IMG/VR virus record: IMGVR_UViG_2645728028_000002
Span: 76,319-140,318 of that record
Strand: one strand, 5' to 3'
DNA: 64,000 nt
From: a virus
Lineage: Duplodnaviria > Caudoviricetes
The position numbers were made by a program, and so were the translations under genes. The notes under the pieces are model-generated. The model ran no database searches. It saw only the letters and a program-made list of their open reading frames with translations, and was not told the DNA's origin. Of the stretch, positions 17,651-26,997 are shown piece by piece; the first letter of the stretch is position 1, and each line of letters opens with the position of its first letter.

Positions 17651-18229
17651 ATGGCAGGTCATGAAAAGGTATTTAAAGGAGTTGCAATTGGTAGATATTT
17701 TGATGAACCAGAAAAGTTATCTAAGGATCTTCAGAAACATGTTAAAGGCGATGTTGTATTCTTCTGCGTAGGTACTGACAGAAATACAGGAGATTCATTT
17801 GCTCCATTTATAGGAACATTTCTAAAGGAAAAAGGATATGAGAATGTGATTGGTACAATTGATGATCCTGTACATGCTACTAACCTTGATGAGAAGATTA
17901 AAGATATTCCAGAAGATAAAACAGTCCTAGCAATTGATGCTTGTATGGGAAGATTAAAAAGTGTTGGGAATATTGTTTTGAACAGTGGAGCTTTACGTGC
18001 TGGAGCAGGAGTAGGGAAGGACTTAACACCTGTTGGAGATTTTCATATCCAAGGTATAGTAAATGTTGATGGAGGGTTTAGTGGGGAGTTAAGTGCGATG
18101 ATTTTAGGTAGCACAAGATTGTCATTTGTATTAAATCTTGCTAAACAATGTGTAGCAGCAATTGAAGAATCATTTCCATTACATAATGAAGAAACTGATA
18201 CTAAACCGTTAATGAAAATAATCAAATAA
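17651..18229 (+). CDS. yyaC: YyaC-like spore protease (GPR-related)
   Basis: CVGTDRNTGDSFAP...GTIDDPVHATNL...AIDACMG...GAGVGKDL..VGDFHIQGIVN...TRL. Confidence 0.88.
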   Translation: MAGHEKVFKGVAIGRYFDEPEKLSKDLQKHVKGDVVFFCVGTDRNTGDSFAPFIGTFLKEKGYENVIGTIDDPVHATNLDEKIKDIPEDKTVLAIDACMGRLKSVGNIVLNSGALRAGAGVGKDLTPVGDFHIQGIVNVDGGFSGELSAMILGSTRLSFVLNLAKQCVAAIEESFPLHNEETDTKPLMKIIK

Positions 18230-18244
18230 AGGAGGTTTGTTAGA

Positions 18245-18421
18245 ATGGTGGTGCAAAGCGAAAAAGGAAATAAGATTGGTAAAAAGATTGAGGATCTTAT
18301 GGAATCTTTAATTTGTGGATTTGAAGAAGATGAGGAAATGTTGGAGCGTGAAATTAATAAGTTGCAGGAACAGTATTTCGCCATTGAGGGAAGATACTTT
18401 AGATCAGTATTGGAAAACTAA
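18245..18421 (+). CDS. small hypothetical protein (58 aa)
   Basis: AAGGAGGT RBS; open frame. Confidence 0.55.
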   Translation: MVVQSEKGNKIGKKIEDLMESLICGFEEDEEMLEREINKLQEQYFAIEGRYFRSVLEN

Positions 18422-18453
18422 ATAATAAGATTGCTTATAGGAAGGATGGAAAT

Positions 18454-18747
18454 ATGAGAAAATTATTTAAGGAAGATGAATTTGACAGGATAAATGCAGA
18501 ACTGGTAAACAGTATCATTCCTGCTGAATCCCTAAATGGTTATTTTAACTTAGGAGTAGCACAGACTTTAAGTACTCTAACTGATATCGCTAACCAATAC
18601 ATTAATGGACAATACAGCAAAGAACTAGATGCAGTAGACTTGAAGAAAATTATTGTTGAGTTAATGTGTCAAAATAAAGAGGCAAGGACTTACTTTGATA
18701 GATTAAGAAATGATGGTATTAAATTAAATCATGAGGATTTCAGTTAA
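18454..18747 (+). CDS. hypothetical protein flanked by an 11-bp direct repeat
   Basis: TAATAAGATTG at 18423 and 18745. Confidence 0.7.
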   Translation: MRKLFKEDEFDRINAELVNSIIPAESLNGYFNLGVAQTLSTLTDIANQYINGQYSKELDAVDLKKIIVELMCQNKEARTYFDRLRNDGIKLNHEDFS

Positions 18748-18776
18748 TAAGATTGTTTTATAAGGAGTGTATATAA

Positions 18777-19043
18777 TTGAATGAATTGAAGGTTGCGCTG
18801 GATAGTTATTTTGAATTTAGTCCTAAAGCAAAGGAAATAAAAGATTGGGCAGGCTGTAACTACTATGTTAATAGAGGCAATAATGATTGTGAGCCAATAG
18901 GTACTGCTACATCAATGCATGATTGCTTAGATTGTGAAAGAATTGATTATTGTAAGATTAAGATGAGTGCTCCAATTTGGGAAATAAATGACGAAAGAGT
19001 TAAAGAGTTAAATAAAAAGTGGAGAGAAATGCACAGTAAATAA
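18777..19043 (+). CDS. Cys-rich hypothetical protein
   Basis: AAGGAG RBS; CLDC motif. Confidence 0.6.
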   Translation: MNELKVALDSYFEFSPKAKEIKDWAGCNYYVNRGNNDCEPIGTATSMHDCLDCERIDYCKIKMSAPIWEINDERVKELNKKWREMHSK

Positions 19044-19080
19044 AACATACATTTTATAGTAAATAATTTAACAAAAAGGA

Positions 19081-20115
19081 GTGGACATGGTGCTAAATGA
19101 GACACTTGATAAATTAATACAGGAAGAAATAGATAAAGGTATTGAAGAAATTAAAGATGATTATTCGAGAGTAAAGAGCGATTTTGATAATCTTAGGAAA
19201 AAATTAAGAGAAAAAACCAATGAAGTTAATGGTCTAAAAAGACTTGAAGATCAAATGAATGTGTTTAAAACTTTTCAAGACACAATTAGCAAGGATAATA
19301 TTGAGGAATTAATTCATCACTTAAACATGGAGCAGCAGGAAATTGACTTCAATGGTATGGATTCAGATAGAATTCCAGTTTGGTTTAAACTTTTATGTAC
19401 ATATTATCATGATAAAGAAAAAATATTTGAAATTATGGACTTGTTTAACATCACATATCCTAGCTGGGCGAAAACATTTAAAATGCCATTCGATTATGGA
19501 AAAGAAGAATTAAATTTAGTATTTGAATATTTGGGTAAGATGTACGTGTGTAACGGACAAATTTTCAGTGGAAACATGGGATTCTTCTTTACATATCAAA
19601 ATAGATATAATGGTGATTTAGAAGCTTTATTTAGAAAAGAGTCTTACGTGGAAATTCCTTGGAATTTGTTATTGCAGAATCCATTACTTACTACAGAGGA
19701 GTATTTTTCTAAGATTATCAAAGCATTAAAAGAAAAACGATATCACTCAGAGTATTTTTTCATGATACAAAACTATCAAGAGCTAACAAAAGAGCAAGTA
19801 AATCTGATCGCGGAACACCTTCCAACAACCCAACTTTACAGTTATCACACAAACTTCTTAAGCAAGAACAAAGGAATTTTCAAAGTTCGCACAGACTTAG
19901 CAGAAATGTTTAAAGATAGGATTAAGAATAATCACTATTCTGAATTCCACTATTTAAATTATCCAATTGAAATGCAAAAGGTATTTGTATTGAAAGAGTC
20001 ACTGAGTGGAGATAGGTATACATTCGAAATGGTTAAAAATATGGATATCAGCGTTGAGGATAAAGTTGAATTATTAAGTAAGATTGCTACTAATCTACTT
20101 AATAAGGAGAATTAA
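19081..20115 (+). CDS. hypothetical protein with N-terminal coiled coil
   Basis: 344-aa ORF; AAGGAG RBS. Confidence 0.75.
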   Translation: MDMVLNETLDKLIQEEIDKGIEEIKDDYSRVKSDFDNLRKKLREKTNEVNGLKRLEDQMNVFKTFQDTISKDNIEELIHHLNMEQQEIDFNGMDSDRIPVWFKLLCTYYHDKEKIFEIMDLFNITYPSWAKTFKMPFDYGKEELNLVFEYLGKMYVCNGQIFSGNMGFFFTYQNRYNGDLEALFRKESYVEIPWNLLLQNPLLTTEEYFSKIIKALKEKRYHSEYFFMIQNYQELTKEQVNLIAEHLPTTQLYSYHTNFLSKNKGIFKVRTDLAEMFKDRIKNNHYSEFHYLNYPIEMQKVFVLKESLSGDRYTFEMVKNMDISVEDKVELLSKIATNLLNKEN

Positions 20116-20159
20116 AGTTTTAATAAAATGCGAATTTCATTGGGAAATGGAGGTGCAAA

Positions 20160-20372
20160 ATGAATAAATATAACGTATCTTTTTCAATGTTTCCAATAGT
20201 AAATAATAAAATAACGTCAAAGGGTCACTTCTCCAACTGTAAAACTAGTATCCAAGGTAATACATTTGATGAAGCAGTAGAGAATTTTAAGAAGCAGAAA
20301 CTTGAAGAGGGCTGGGCAATTGGATTTTTAGTTGAAGGAGATATTTCTAAGGTTGAGTTTTTTGACATATAA
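20160..20372 (+). CDS. hypothetical protein
   Basis: GGAGGTG RBS. Confidence 0.65.
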   Translation: MNKYNVSFSMFPIVNNKITSKGHFSNCKTSIQGNTFDEAVENFKKQKLEEGWAIGFLVEGDISKVEFFDI

Positions 20373-20396
20373 AAAAGAGGGGAAATTAATCCCCTC
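20371..20396 (-). terminator. terminator of the SASP gene
   Basis: On the minus strand: GAGGGG-loop-CCCCTC-TTTTTT. Confidence 0.7.
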
Positions 20397-20401
20397 ACAA
20401 A

Positions 20402-20641
20402 CTAGTGTAGTTGGCTTTGATTATTAACAGTTTGGTTGATCAATACAGGATTAACAACTTGTTCTTGGGACATCTCAACTAATTGCTGCTTACCTAGTTC
20501 AATTAACTTCTGAGTAATTTTCCCACCGACTGCACCATTCATACGAGCAGTTGTATCAGAACCAAGTTCAATACCCATCTCAGCAGCAGTTACACGTTTT
20601 AGTTGTTCAAGAGCCATTTCAATAGTTGTTTGATTCATCAT
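20402..20641 (-). CDS. alpha/beta-type small acid-soluble spore protein (SASP)
   Basis: ALEQLK...AAEMGIELGSDTTARMNGAVGGKITQKLIELGKQQL; AGGAG RBS. Confidence 0.9.
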   Translation of the reverse strand: MMNQTTIEMALEQLKRVTAAEMGIELGSDTTARMNGAVGGKITQKLIELGKQQLVEMSQEQVVNPVLINQTVNNQSQLH

Positions 20642-20751
20642 ATTGTATCAACTCCTGTAAGTTATTCAAGTCATGTTCGACTTGTTACTCTTAGTATAAA
20701 TTAATTTAGTATATGAGTATATAGATGATAAAAGGAAAAGGAGGAAGTTAA

Positions 20752-20925
20752 ATGATTGATTTATTATTAAGTAAATTCGAGGAAGCAGGAATACCATTAC
20801 AAATAACATTGGACTTTGATAAAGAAGCTACAGTTCATGCATTTGATCTAAATAGAGAATTACATTTAACAACTGGTAATACTCTATTTAGCGCATTAGA
20901 AAAAATGGCAGAAAAATTGCTTTAA
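20752..20925 (+). CDS. small hypothetical protein (57 aa)
   Basis: AAGGAGG RBS; stop codon lies inside repeat site 20922. Confidence 0.6.
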   Translation: MIDLLLSKFEEAGIPLQITLDFDKEATVHAFDLNRELHLTTGNTLFSALEKMAEKLL

Positions 20926-20961
20926 AAGAGTTATTTTAACATAAAAAAGGAGGATTAAAAA

Positions 20962-21153
20962 ATGGATCAAGTGTTAATGTGGGTTGACCAAGAATCACTT
21001 AAAAAATTTATTAGAGGTGAAGAGTTTACAGCTTGGAGTGATCAGGGTTCATCTGAACTTGTTCAGGTTTCTGTTCCATCTAAGGCAATAGCTACCTTTG
21101 AAGAGAAATCGGGAAGTATTCAATTTAACTTATTTAAGAAAGAATTATGGTAA
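20962..21153 (+). CDS. hypothetical protein
   Basis: AAGGAGG RBS. Confidence 0.65.
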   Translation: MDQVLMWVDQESLKKFIRGEEFTAWSDQGSSELVQVSVPSKAIATFEEKSGSIQFNLFKKELW

Positions 21154-21431
21154 TTAAGGAGGAAATCAATATGGATATTTTCAGACACAAATATCACACA
21201 GTTTACAAGTTATCTAAGAAATTGTTTTTCTTTAAGCAGCATACAAAAATGATCTTTTGGCACAAAGGAAAACTAATTAAGAATCACAGATTTATCATCA
21301 AACCACATAAGCAATGGGAATTTTTTCACTGGTTCATTAGGCAACCTTACTTTTATTTTGAGCGGAACAATAGTGGAATTTACATAGGAACACCAAATAA
21401 GTATTTTCAGATTCAAAAATCTTATCGTTAG
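21147..21431 (+). CDS. basic aromatic-rich hypothetical protein
   Basis: Internal AAGGAGG RBS; true start probably ATG at 21171. Confidence 0.55.
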   Translation: MVIKEEINMDIFRHKYHTVYKLSKKLFFFKQHTKMIFWHKGKLIKNHRFIIKPHKQWEFFHWFIRQPYFYFERNNSGIYIGTPNKYFQIQKSYR

Positions 21432-21443
21432 AGGTGAAAATCA

Positions 21444-22151
21444 TTGTCAAAATGGGAGAAACGTGCAAAAGAAATCATAAGCAATGAGAAAAAGAAACAT
21501 GTTGCAGTGTATGAGTTAGGCAAAAGAATTTATAAAAAGACGCATGGATTTAATCCAGTCAATAAAGAATTACTCAGAAAAGAAATTATGGAAATTTGTA
21601 ATAGTGCGGACTTAATTGATTCTCTTGTATCTGAGGTGGATTTTCAACCACGCTTTAAGCAGAGCAATGATGAAAGTGATCAGTTAATTACTATTTACAT
21701 CGAGGGAGATTTTAACGGTTCAATTAAATTAGAAACGGGTGGTGGAACAAGGAATACGAATGACGGTAAGATTCCTATATTCTATGCTTGGTCTACTACA
21801 AGTGAAGTGACATCTCTAAAGGAACAAAAATTGCAGGAATTTTACAAGCAATACAAAGATAGTTCCGTTGAGAAATTAATTGATCTAGCATTAGAAAATA
21901 AATACTTTCTTACATATGAAGACTGTTATAAAAATTATGAGATTTGGCATAAGGAACCCTCACAATATGGATCTTCTATCAAAGGTGAGTTAAAGTTTTT
22001 TGACGAACAAGAGGATAGCCATCGCTACAAAGAGAAATATAACAATCTTAAAAAACTAATGGATAGCAGTGATATAAAAAAATTTGCCGAAGAACATTTA
22101 TACGCAAAAGAAGAATCATATACATATGAATGGACTGAGTATAAACTGTAG
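21444..22151 (+). CDS. hypothetical protein
   Basis: GAGGTG RBS, TTG start. Confidence 0.7.
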   Translation: MSKWEKRAKEIISNEKKKHVAVYELGKRIYKKTHGFNPVNKELLRKEIMEICNSADLIDSLVSEVDFQPRFKQSNDESDQLITIYIEGDFNGSIKLETGGGTRNTNDGKIPIFYAWSTTSEVTSLKEQKLQEFYKQYKDSSVEKLIDLALENKYFLTYEDCYKNYEIWHKEPSQYGSSIKGELKFFDEQEDSHRYKEKYNNLKKLMDSSDIKKFAEEHLYAKEESYTYEWTEYKL

Positions 22152-22162
22152 GAGGGTGTAGG

Positions 22163-22423
22163 ATGAGTAATTATAAAATGATTTTATCCAACTTAATTAA
22201 AAGTTTTTACTATCAATTCCCTAATAAAATTCAAATTAAGTCTGATCAAGAAACTATTAAATTTGAACTCGATTACTATGCTGCAGAAAAAGTTGCTAAA
22301 AAACTTAATCGAGTGTATTACTTTGGCACAGAGGTTAGGTTTAACAATGAAAGGGAGTTTAGAGAAACTTATAAAGAATTATTGAAAGTGAAGAGAGCTT
22401 TGAAGGAAATCTATACACAATAA
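22163..22423 (+). CDS. hypothetical protein
   Basis: AGGAGG RBS; stop codon in repeat site 22420. Confidence 0.65.
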   Translation: MSNYKMILSNLIKSFYYQFPNKIQIKSDQETIKFELDYYAAEKVAKKLNRVYYFGTEVRFNNEREFRETYKELLKVKRALKEIYTQ

Positions 22424-22459
22424 AACAGTTCATTTATTGGAAATTTAGGAGGAATAATA

Positions 22460-22702
22460 ATGAAAGAAATTGACGATTTGATTATTCGTCTTAGAGGCGA
22501 AATGTCAACTAGGATTGATGACAGGGATATTGTGGATATTTTAGAAGTGCTGCAAGATGCAAATGAGTATTTTGAAGCCATAGCAGAAACAAGTGTATTA
22601 TATGGAAATCTTGTTGCAAAGTATGAAAAAGCATTAAAAGAAATAGCAGAAGAAACAGGAACGCCATACGCAAGAATTGCAATCAAAGCATTAGAAAGTT
22701 AA
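22460..22702 (+). CDS. hypothetical protein
   Basis: AGGAGG RBS. Confidence 0.65.
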   Translation: MKEIDDLIIRLRGEMSTRIDDRDIVDILEVLQDANEYFEAIAETSVLYGNLVAKYEKALKEIAEETGTPYARIAIKALES

Positions 22703-22846
22703 AAGGCAATAAAAAGAATGATGAATCAGTTCTGTTAAAGTAATACATAAATGGGCATAGGCGTTCACACATTCTATCCAGCATACAACACCACATACAT
22801 CACAACCACATATTATGTACTATCAAAAGCGAGAGGGAGATAGTAC

Positions 22847-23002
22847 ATGAGAAACTTTGAAACAATATTAAATAAATTAACAGTAAGTGAGAATGCCGAT
22901 AATAAATGTCCTTATTGTTGGGAAGCAGCAGCGAAGACAAATGATGAGTTGTATTGTGAAGAATGTAAAATAAAGGTGGGAGAATGTTGTGAACTTATCT
23001 AA
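22847..23002 (+). CDS. small zinc-finger protein (51 aa)
   Basis: CPYC...CEEC; GAGGGAG RBS inside a hairpin. Confidence 0.55.
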   Translation: MRNFETILNKLTVSENADNKCPYCWEAAAKTNDELYCEECKIKVGECCELI

Positions 23003-23315
23003 ACAAAAGGTTAAATACATCTGTGAAGTAAATAAGGATCTGGGAATTGAAGAATATTATAAGCAAGTTTACTTATCTGATTTACAAATGTGGGGAGTAA
23101 AGAGAAAGATAACTAAGAAGACTTTCCTTAAAAAAGAAAAAGAAGGTCATCCAGTTAAATATTATAAGGCTGAAATTGACTTCAATGAGATTAAGGGAAC
23201 GCTTGCTGATATTTACAGTTTAATTGATTTATCTCTGCAGACAAGGGATAAAGAATGGTTTACCAGTTTAATAAGAAGAAAAAATTTAATATTAACAGTT
23301 TTATATGGTAACTAG
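22989..23315 (+). CDS. IDEAL-domain protein
   Basis: C-terminal LIDLSLQTRDKEWFTSL. Confidence 0.65.
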   Translation: MNLSKQKVKYICEVNKDLGIEEYYKQVYLSDLQMWGVKRKITKKTFLKKEKEGHPVKYYKAEIDFNEIKGTLADIYSLIDLSLQTRDKEWFTSLIRRKNLILTVLYGN

Positions 23316-23356
23316 ACAACCACAACAACATATACTGTATCATTACACTTTAAGGA

Positions 23357-23608
23357 GTGATTGATATGAGTATGAAATTGAGGCTGCAGGAATGGAAAAA
23401 GAGAAATCCATTAAAGATATACAGGAAGGAAGAAGGATTATCTCAGCCTGATTTAGCTGCTATTGTGGGTGTCAGTGTATATACAATACAAAGATGGGAA
23501 GATGGAGCTGTAAGTCCTTCTGGTGAGAATGAGGTTAAGTTGGGAAAGTTGATTGAGGGTTTTAGTGATCAATGGAATGAATGGAAAAATAATAAACCTA
23601 GTCTGTGA
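23357..23608 (+). CDS. Xre-family HTH regulator
   Basis: YRKEEGLSQPDLAAIVGVSVYTIQRWEDGAVSP. Confidence 0.85.
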   Translation: MIDMSMKLRLQEWKKRNPLKIYRKEEGLSQPDLAAIVGVSVYTIQRWEDGAVSPSGENEVKLGKLIEGFSDQWNEWKNNKPSL

Positions 23609-23644
23609 GGGAGTGTGAAATACTCTCTTGCAGATATATGAGAG

Positions 23645-23872
23645 GTGAAATATGTGAACGAACAACAATTTATATATGGTAAGTTAAATCAACTTCAAGA
23701 GCAAGTGAATTTCCTTACCGAAATGCTGGAAAAGCAAAGTGCGGTGATGGGGAACGTTTTAGGAATCATTGAAAAAATGCAGTCACCTGAATTTGCAAGT
23801 AGACAAGTTAAGACTGCTCAGATGTTGGACATTCAAGATAAATTAAAATTTATTAGAGAGTTAAATAAATAA
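23645..23872 (+). CDS. hypothetical protein
   Basis: ORF track, GAGGTG RBS. Confidence 0.6.
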   Translation: MKYVNEQQFIYGKLNQLQEQVNFLTEMLEKQSAVMGNVLGIIEKMQSPEFASRQVKTAQMLDIQDKLKFIRELNK

Positions 23873-23907
23873 CCAAATAAAAACGATATTTTATAAGGAG
23901 GATACTA

Positions 23908-24165
23908 ATGAGTAACAAACTTGAAGACGTTAAGGAATATTTACTAAATGGTGAAAGTTTCAGCAAAGATGATATTATTAACGACATGTTGATTGAAACT
24001 TTCCGACAAATGTATGGGAAAGTGGAACATGATACACCATTATCTGCAGATGAAATATCACTGCATTGGGGAGATCAGTACATCACAGACTTAGAGGGTT
24101 TTTTGAGTCACTTCTATAGATTTTTGATGATTAAGGTTGGTAATACAATTGACTCATTCAAATAA
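23908..24165 (+). CDS. hypothetical protein
   Basis: AAGGAGG RBS; flanked by repeat sites 23877 and 24162. Confidence 0.7.
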   Translation: MSNKLEDVKEYLLNGESFSKDDIINDMLIETFRQMYGKVEHDTPLSADEISLHWGDQYITDLEGFLSHFYRFLMIKVGNTIDSFK

Positions 24166-24200
24166 AAGCAGTCTTATATTGGGATTTGAGAGGTGATACA

Positions 24201-24848
24201 ATGAAATTATGTTCAGATTGCAAACTAGAAAAATCTGTAGATGATTTTTATTCACAAGAAAAGTATAGCAAGAGAAAAGGAAAATATATTTATTATCAGC
24301 CTTATTGTAAAAATTGTGCAACATTAAGAGTTTTAAAATGGGAAGATAATAACCGTGAAAGAAAAAATGCAAGAATGAAAAAATGGTCAAGTAAACCAGA
24401 AAATATCCCTACGTTGAGAAGAAATCAGAAGAATTACAGAATGAGAGGGAAGCAACTTGAATGGCAAAGAAATAATAAGGATAAATTGAGAGAATATAAT
24501 AAGAAAAGAGAAGAAAAAATACATAAAATAACTGATCAGGAATGGAACGCTTGTAAAAATTATTTTAATAACGAGTGTGCATATTGTGGTATGACTTACA
24601 CGGAGCATAAAAATCAACATAATCAAGATTTACATAGAGAACATGTGGAGCCAGAAGGAAAAGATGATTTATCAAATTGCATACCATCTTGTAAGAACTG
24701 CAATAGTAGCAAAGGAACAAAATTAATAAATGAGTGGTATAATATCTCAAACAAGAAATTTTCAGTAGAAAGGCTTACTGCAATTAATAAATGGCTAAAT
24801 GAAGACTATAAGAAATACATGGAAAATAATGCTTGCTTTTTAATATAA
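24201..24848 (+). CDS. HNH endonuclease
   Basis: N-terminal CxxC pairs; CAYCG...HREHV...DDLSNCIPSCKNCNSSK. Confidence 0.88.
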   Translation: MKLCSDCKLEKSVDDFYSQEKYSKRKGKYIYYQPYCKNCATLRVLKWEDNNRERKNARMKKWSSKPENIPTLRRNQKNYRMRGKQLEWQRNNKDKLREYNKKREEKIHKITDQEWNACKNYFNNECAYCGMTYTEHKNQHNQDLHREHVEPEGKDDLSNCIPSCKNCNSSKGTKLINEWYNISNKKFSVERLTAINKWLNEDYKKYMENNACFLI

Positions 24849-24861
24849 AATAATTTAATAT
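24833..24861 (+). promoter_or_regulatory. sigma-A promoter with operator
   Basis: TTGCTT-17-TAATAT; ATAAAATAATTTAATA at 24845. Confidence 0.6.
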
Positions 24862-24893
24862 TAAATTATCAAATAAATAAAGGGGTGAACTAA

Positions 24894-25049
24894 ATGAACA
24901 CATACGGTATATATTTTATTTTAAATGATGGGATGGTTAAATTGGTAAAGCTGCAAGCACTGAACAAACAAGAGGCAATTGAGGCAGCACTAATTGACAA
25001 TGATGTTGATGATCTGGGCGTTAATGAAATTCAAATCAGATTGCTTTAA
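24894..25049 (+). CDS. 51-aa protein, paralog of 28343..28498
   Basis: AAGGGGTG RBS; 28/51 identical to its paralog by manual alignment. Confidence 0.75.
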   Translation: MNTYGIYFILNDGMVKLVKLQALNKQEAIEAALIDNDVDDLGVNEIQIRLL

Positions 25050-25105
25050 AAGTTGAGTTTTATCGTGATTAATACTAGATCAAAAAAACGTAATCAGAAA
25101 GGAAG

Positions 25106-25339
25106 ATGAAAATGGTCAAATATTCTATGTATGCAATTTATAACGAGGATGACGATTTTTGGTTTAATTTCGAAATGGACGGTTGGGTTGACCAGTTTGA
25201 ATTAGAAGGAGATTGCTTACTGCCAACAGAAGATATGGCTCAAAACTTCATTGAAGAAAACTTAGAAGGTGAATCAGTCAAAGTTTATAAAGTTGAACTT
25301 GTTGCTACTGGTAGTTACGAATATTCACCTGTTCAGTAG
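25106..25339 (+). CDS. acidic hypothetical protein
   Basis: ORF track. Confidence 0.6.
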   Translation: MKMVKYSMYAIYNEDDDFWFNFEMDGWVDQFELEGDCLLPTEDMAQNFIEENLEGESVKVYKVELVATGSYEYSPVQ

Positions 25340-25596
25340 TGAGTATTTCGATAAAACTGTGAAGCTACAAAAGATATCTTTTATAGAAAAATTAGAGGAG
25401 GAAAGAAAGTGAAAAAGATTGGTGTATTTTTAGAAGGTGAATTGGTATCTGATTATCCGTTTGATTATATTGGAGGTGTTGAGGCTCTTAATGACGCTAG
25501 AGAATTCACAAGTGACTCTGGAGTATTTCATGAAGTGAAGATTTTCGAAGAAAAATAAGATAATAGGTATATTTTATTTAGAATAGGAGGGATTAA

Positions 25597-26115
25597 ATGA
25601 ACGAGGAAATTAAGTTTTTAAAAGATTTACAACAAGAACTAAATACACAAGACTATGATAGTCAAGCAGCACCAAGATTCTGGACTGTTGGAGACTACAA
25701 GATGGTGACTTGCTTAGATGGCTGTCAAGATGATTATCACGTTCATGCACCTGACAGAGAGTATTACGGTGAAATCAATTCTTTACTGAAAGATATTGAG
25801 GATGAATTGGATGAACTACCAGAGGAAGCAATTGAAGAATTTAAAGAAATAAGCTGCGAAGATTCAGCAATGGATTGGATCAAGGCGCATTATGATGAAG
25901 ATGCCTACTTAATTCCTGTAAGAAAAGAGCATGTCATTCATCCAAATACAATGTTCTTAACCAAGGCAGAAGCTAAAAGACATATAGAGTTAAACCATTA
26001 TCATTATTCACCAGAAGCGCATACATACGCAATGACAGCTTGGAGAGCACCAAAAGTTGAACGGCTATTAAAGATCTTAGAGTCATTTGATTGGAATTCA
26101 TTGGAGGTGAAATAG
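25597..26115 (+). CDS. conserved-looking phage hypothetical protein
   Basis: ELNTQD..SQAAPRFW...MFLTKAEAKRHIELNHYHY...TYAMTAWRAP. Confidence 0.75.
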   Translation: MNEEIKFLKDLQQELNTQDYDSQAAPRFWTVGDYKMVTCLDGCQDDYHVHAPDREYYGEINSLLKDIEDELDELPEEAIEEFKEISCEDSAMDWIKAHYDEDAYLIPVRKEHVIHPNTMFLTKAEAKRHIELNHYHYSPEAHTYAMTAWRAPKVERLLKILESFDWNSLEVK

Positions 26116-26486
26116 TGGAGGTAATTGCAACTGCACACCTTGAATACTGGGATGGGGAATCTCTATCTGGTGGATCTGAAAGGTTAGAGATTATTGTTAA
26201 GTTTAAAGAAGCAGGTAAATTCCTAAAAACGAAAATAGTTCATTCACTAGCTAGTACAGCTCGAATGAGAAGTGGATATGCTTCTTATCAAAACTATAAA
26301 GAATATATAAAGGAAGTTGAAAAGTATTTGGATGATCCATATTTGGTTAAGAAGGAGGCTGAATATTTGATATTAAAACACTTTGCTGATAAATATTCTG
26401 ATGAAAAGAAAGTTGATAAAAAGAACAATATTCATAAGAGGATTAAAGATGTCGGAAAATTAGAGATAAAAGTAAAGATTGATTAA
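26091..26486 (+). CDS. hypothetical protein
   Basis: ORF track. Confidence 0.65.
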   Translation: MEFIGGEIVEVIATAHLEYWDGESLSGGSERLEIIVKFKEAGKFLKTKIVHSLASTARMRSGYASYQNYKEYIKEVEKYLDDPYLVKKEAEYLILKHFADKYSDEKKVDKKNNIHKRIKDVGKLEIKVKID

Positions 26487-26495
26487 GATAATATC

Positions 26496-26711
26496 GTGTA
26501 TTTATTTGGAGGTGAGATTTTGAAAGCTAAATTCAATTGTTATTACGAACGTGATGAAAAAGGAATTTATATGGAAGTTGATACAGAAAGTTACACTAAT
26601 CTTGTTGGATTCACTTTCTGTGTCGATTTTAAAGCAGAAGGTGAAGTTTGTCTCGAAGAAAAAGAAATTGAATCACTTATAGAAATCTTGCAAGCAAAGC
26701 TAAAGAAATAA
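26496..26711 (+). CDS. hypothetical protein
   Basis: True start probably TTG at 26520 after GGAGGTG. Confidence 0.6.
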   Translation: MYLFGGEILKAKFNCYYERDEKGIYMEVDTESYTNLVGFTFCVDFKAEGEVCLEEKEIESLIEILQAKLKK

Positions 26712-26752
26712 GAATTTCAAATAATATTATCTTTTTATCTGGAGGTGGAGTT

Positions 26753-26947
26753 GTGAGAGAATCAAGAAATGGGTTAAGACCCATAACTGCAAAACAGTAC
26801 AATAAAGAACTAAAAGGGTATCTGATTTGCTTTAACCAAGAAGGAAGTTTAGAGGATGGTATTGGCTTGTATGCTGCAATTGAACTTGAGGATGGATCAG
26901 TAACTCAAGTTGATGCATATAATGTGAAGTTTGAAGATATTAAATAA
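26753..26947 (+). CDS. hypothetical protein
   Basis: GGAGGTG RBS. Confidence 0.6.
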   Translation: MRESRNGLRPITAKQYNKELKGYLICFNQEGSLEDGIGLYAAIELEDGSVTQVDAYNVKFEDIK

Positions 26948-26997
26948 CTAAATAAAACAATTATTATAGATTATTTATATAAAGGAGAGTTTAGTAT

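Noticed and set aside
26952-26967. Junction-site-like ATAAAA...TATTAT
   Set aside because: The spacer is only 4 bp, so it was not counted among the N6 sites.
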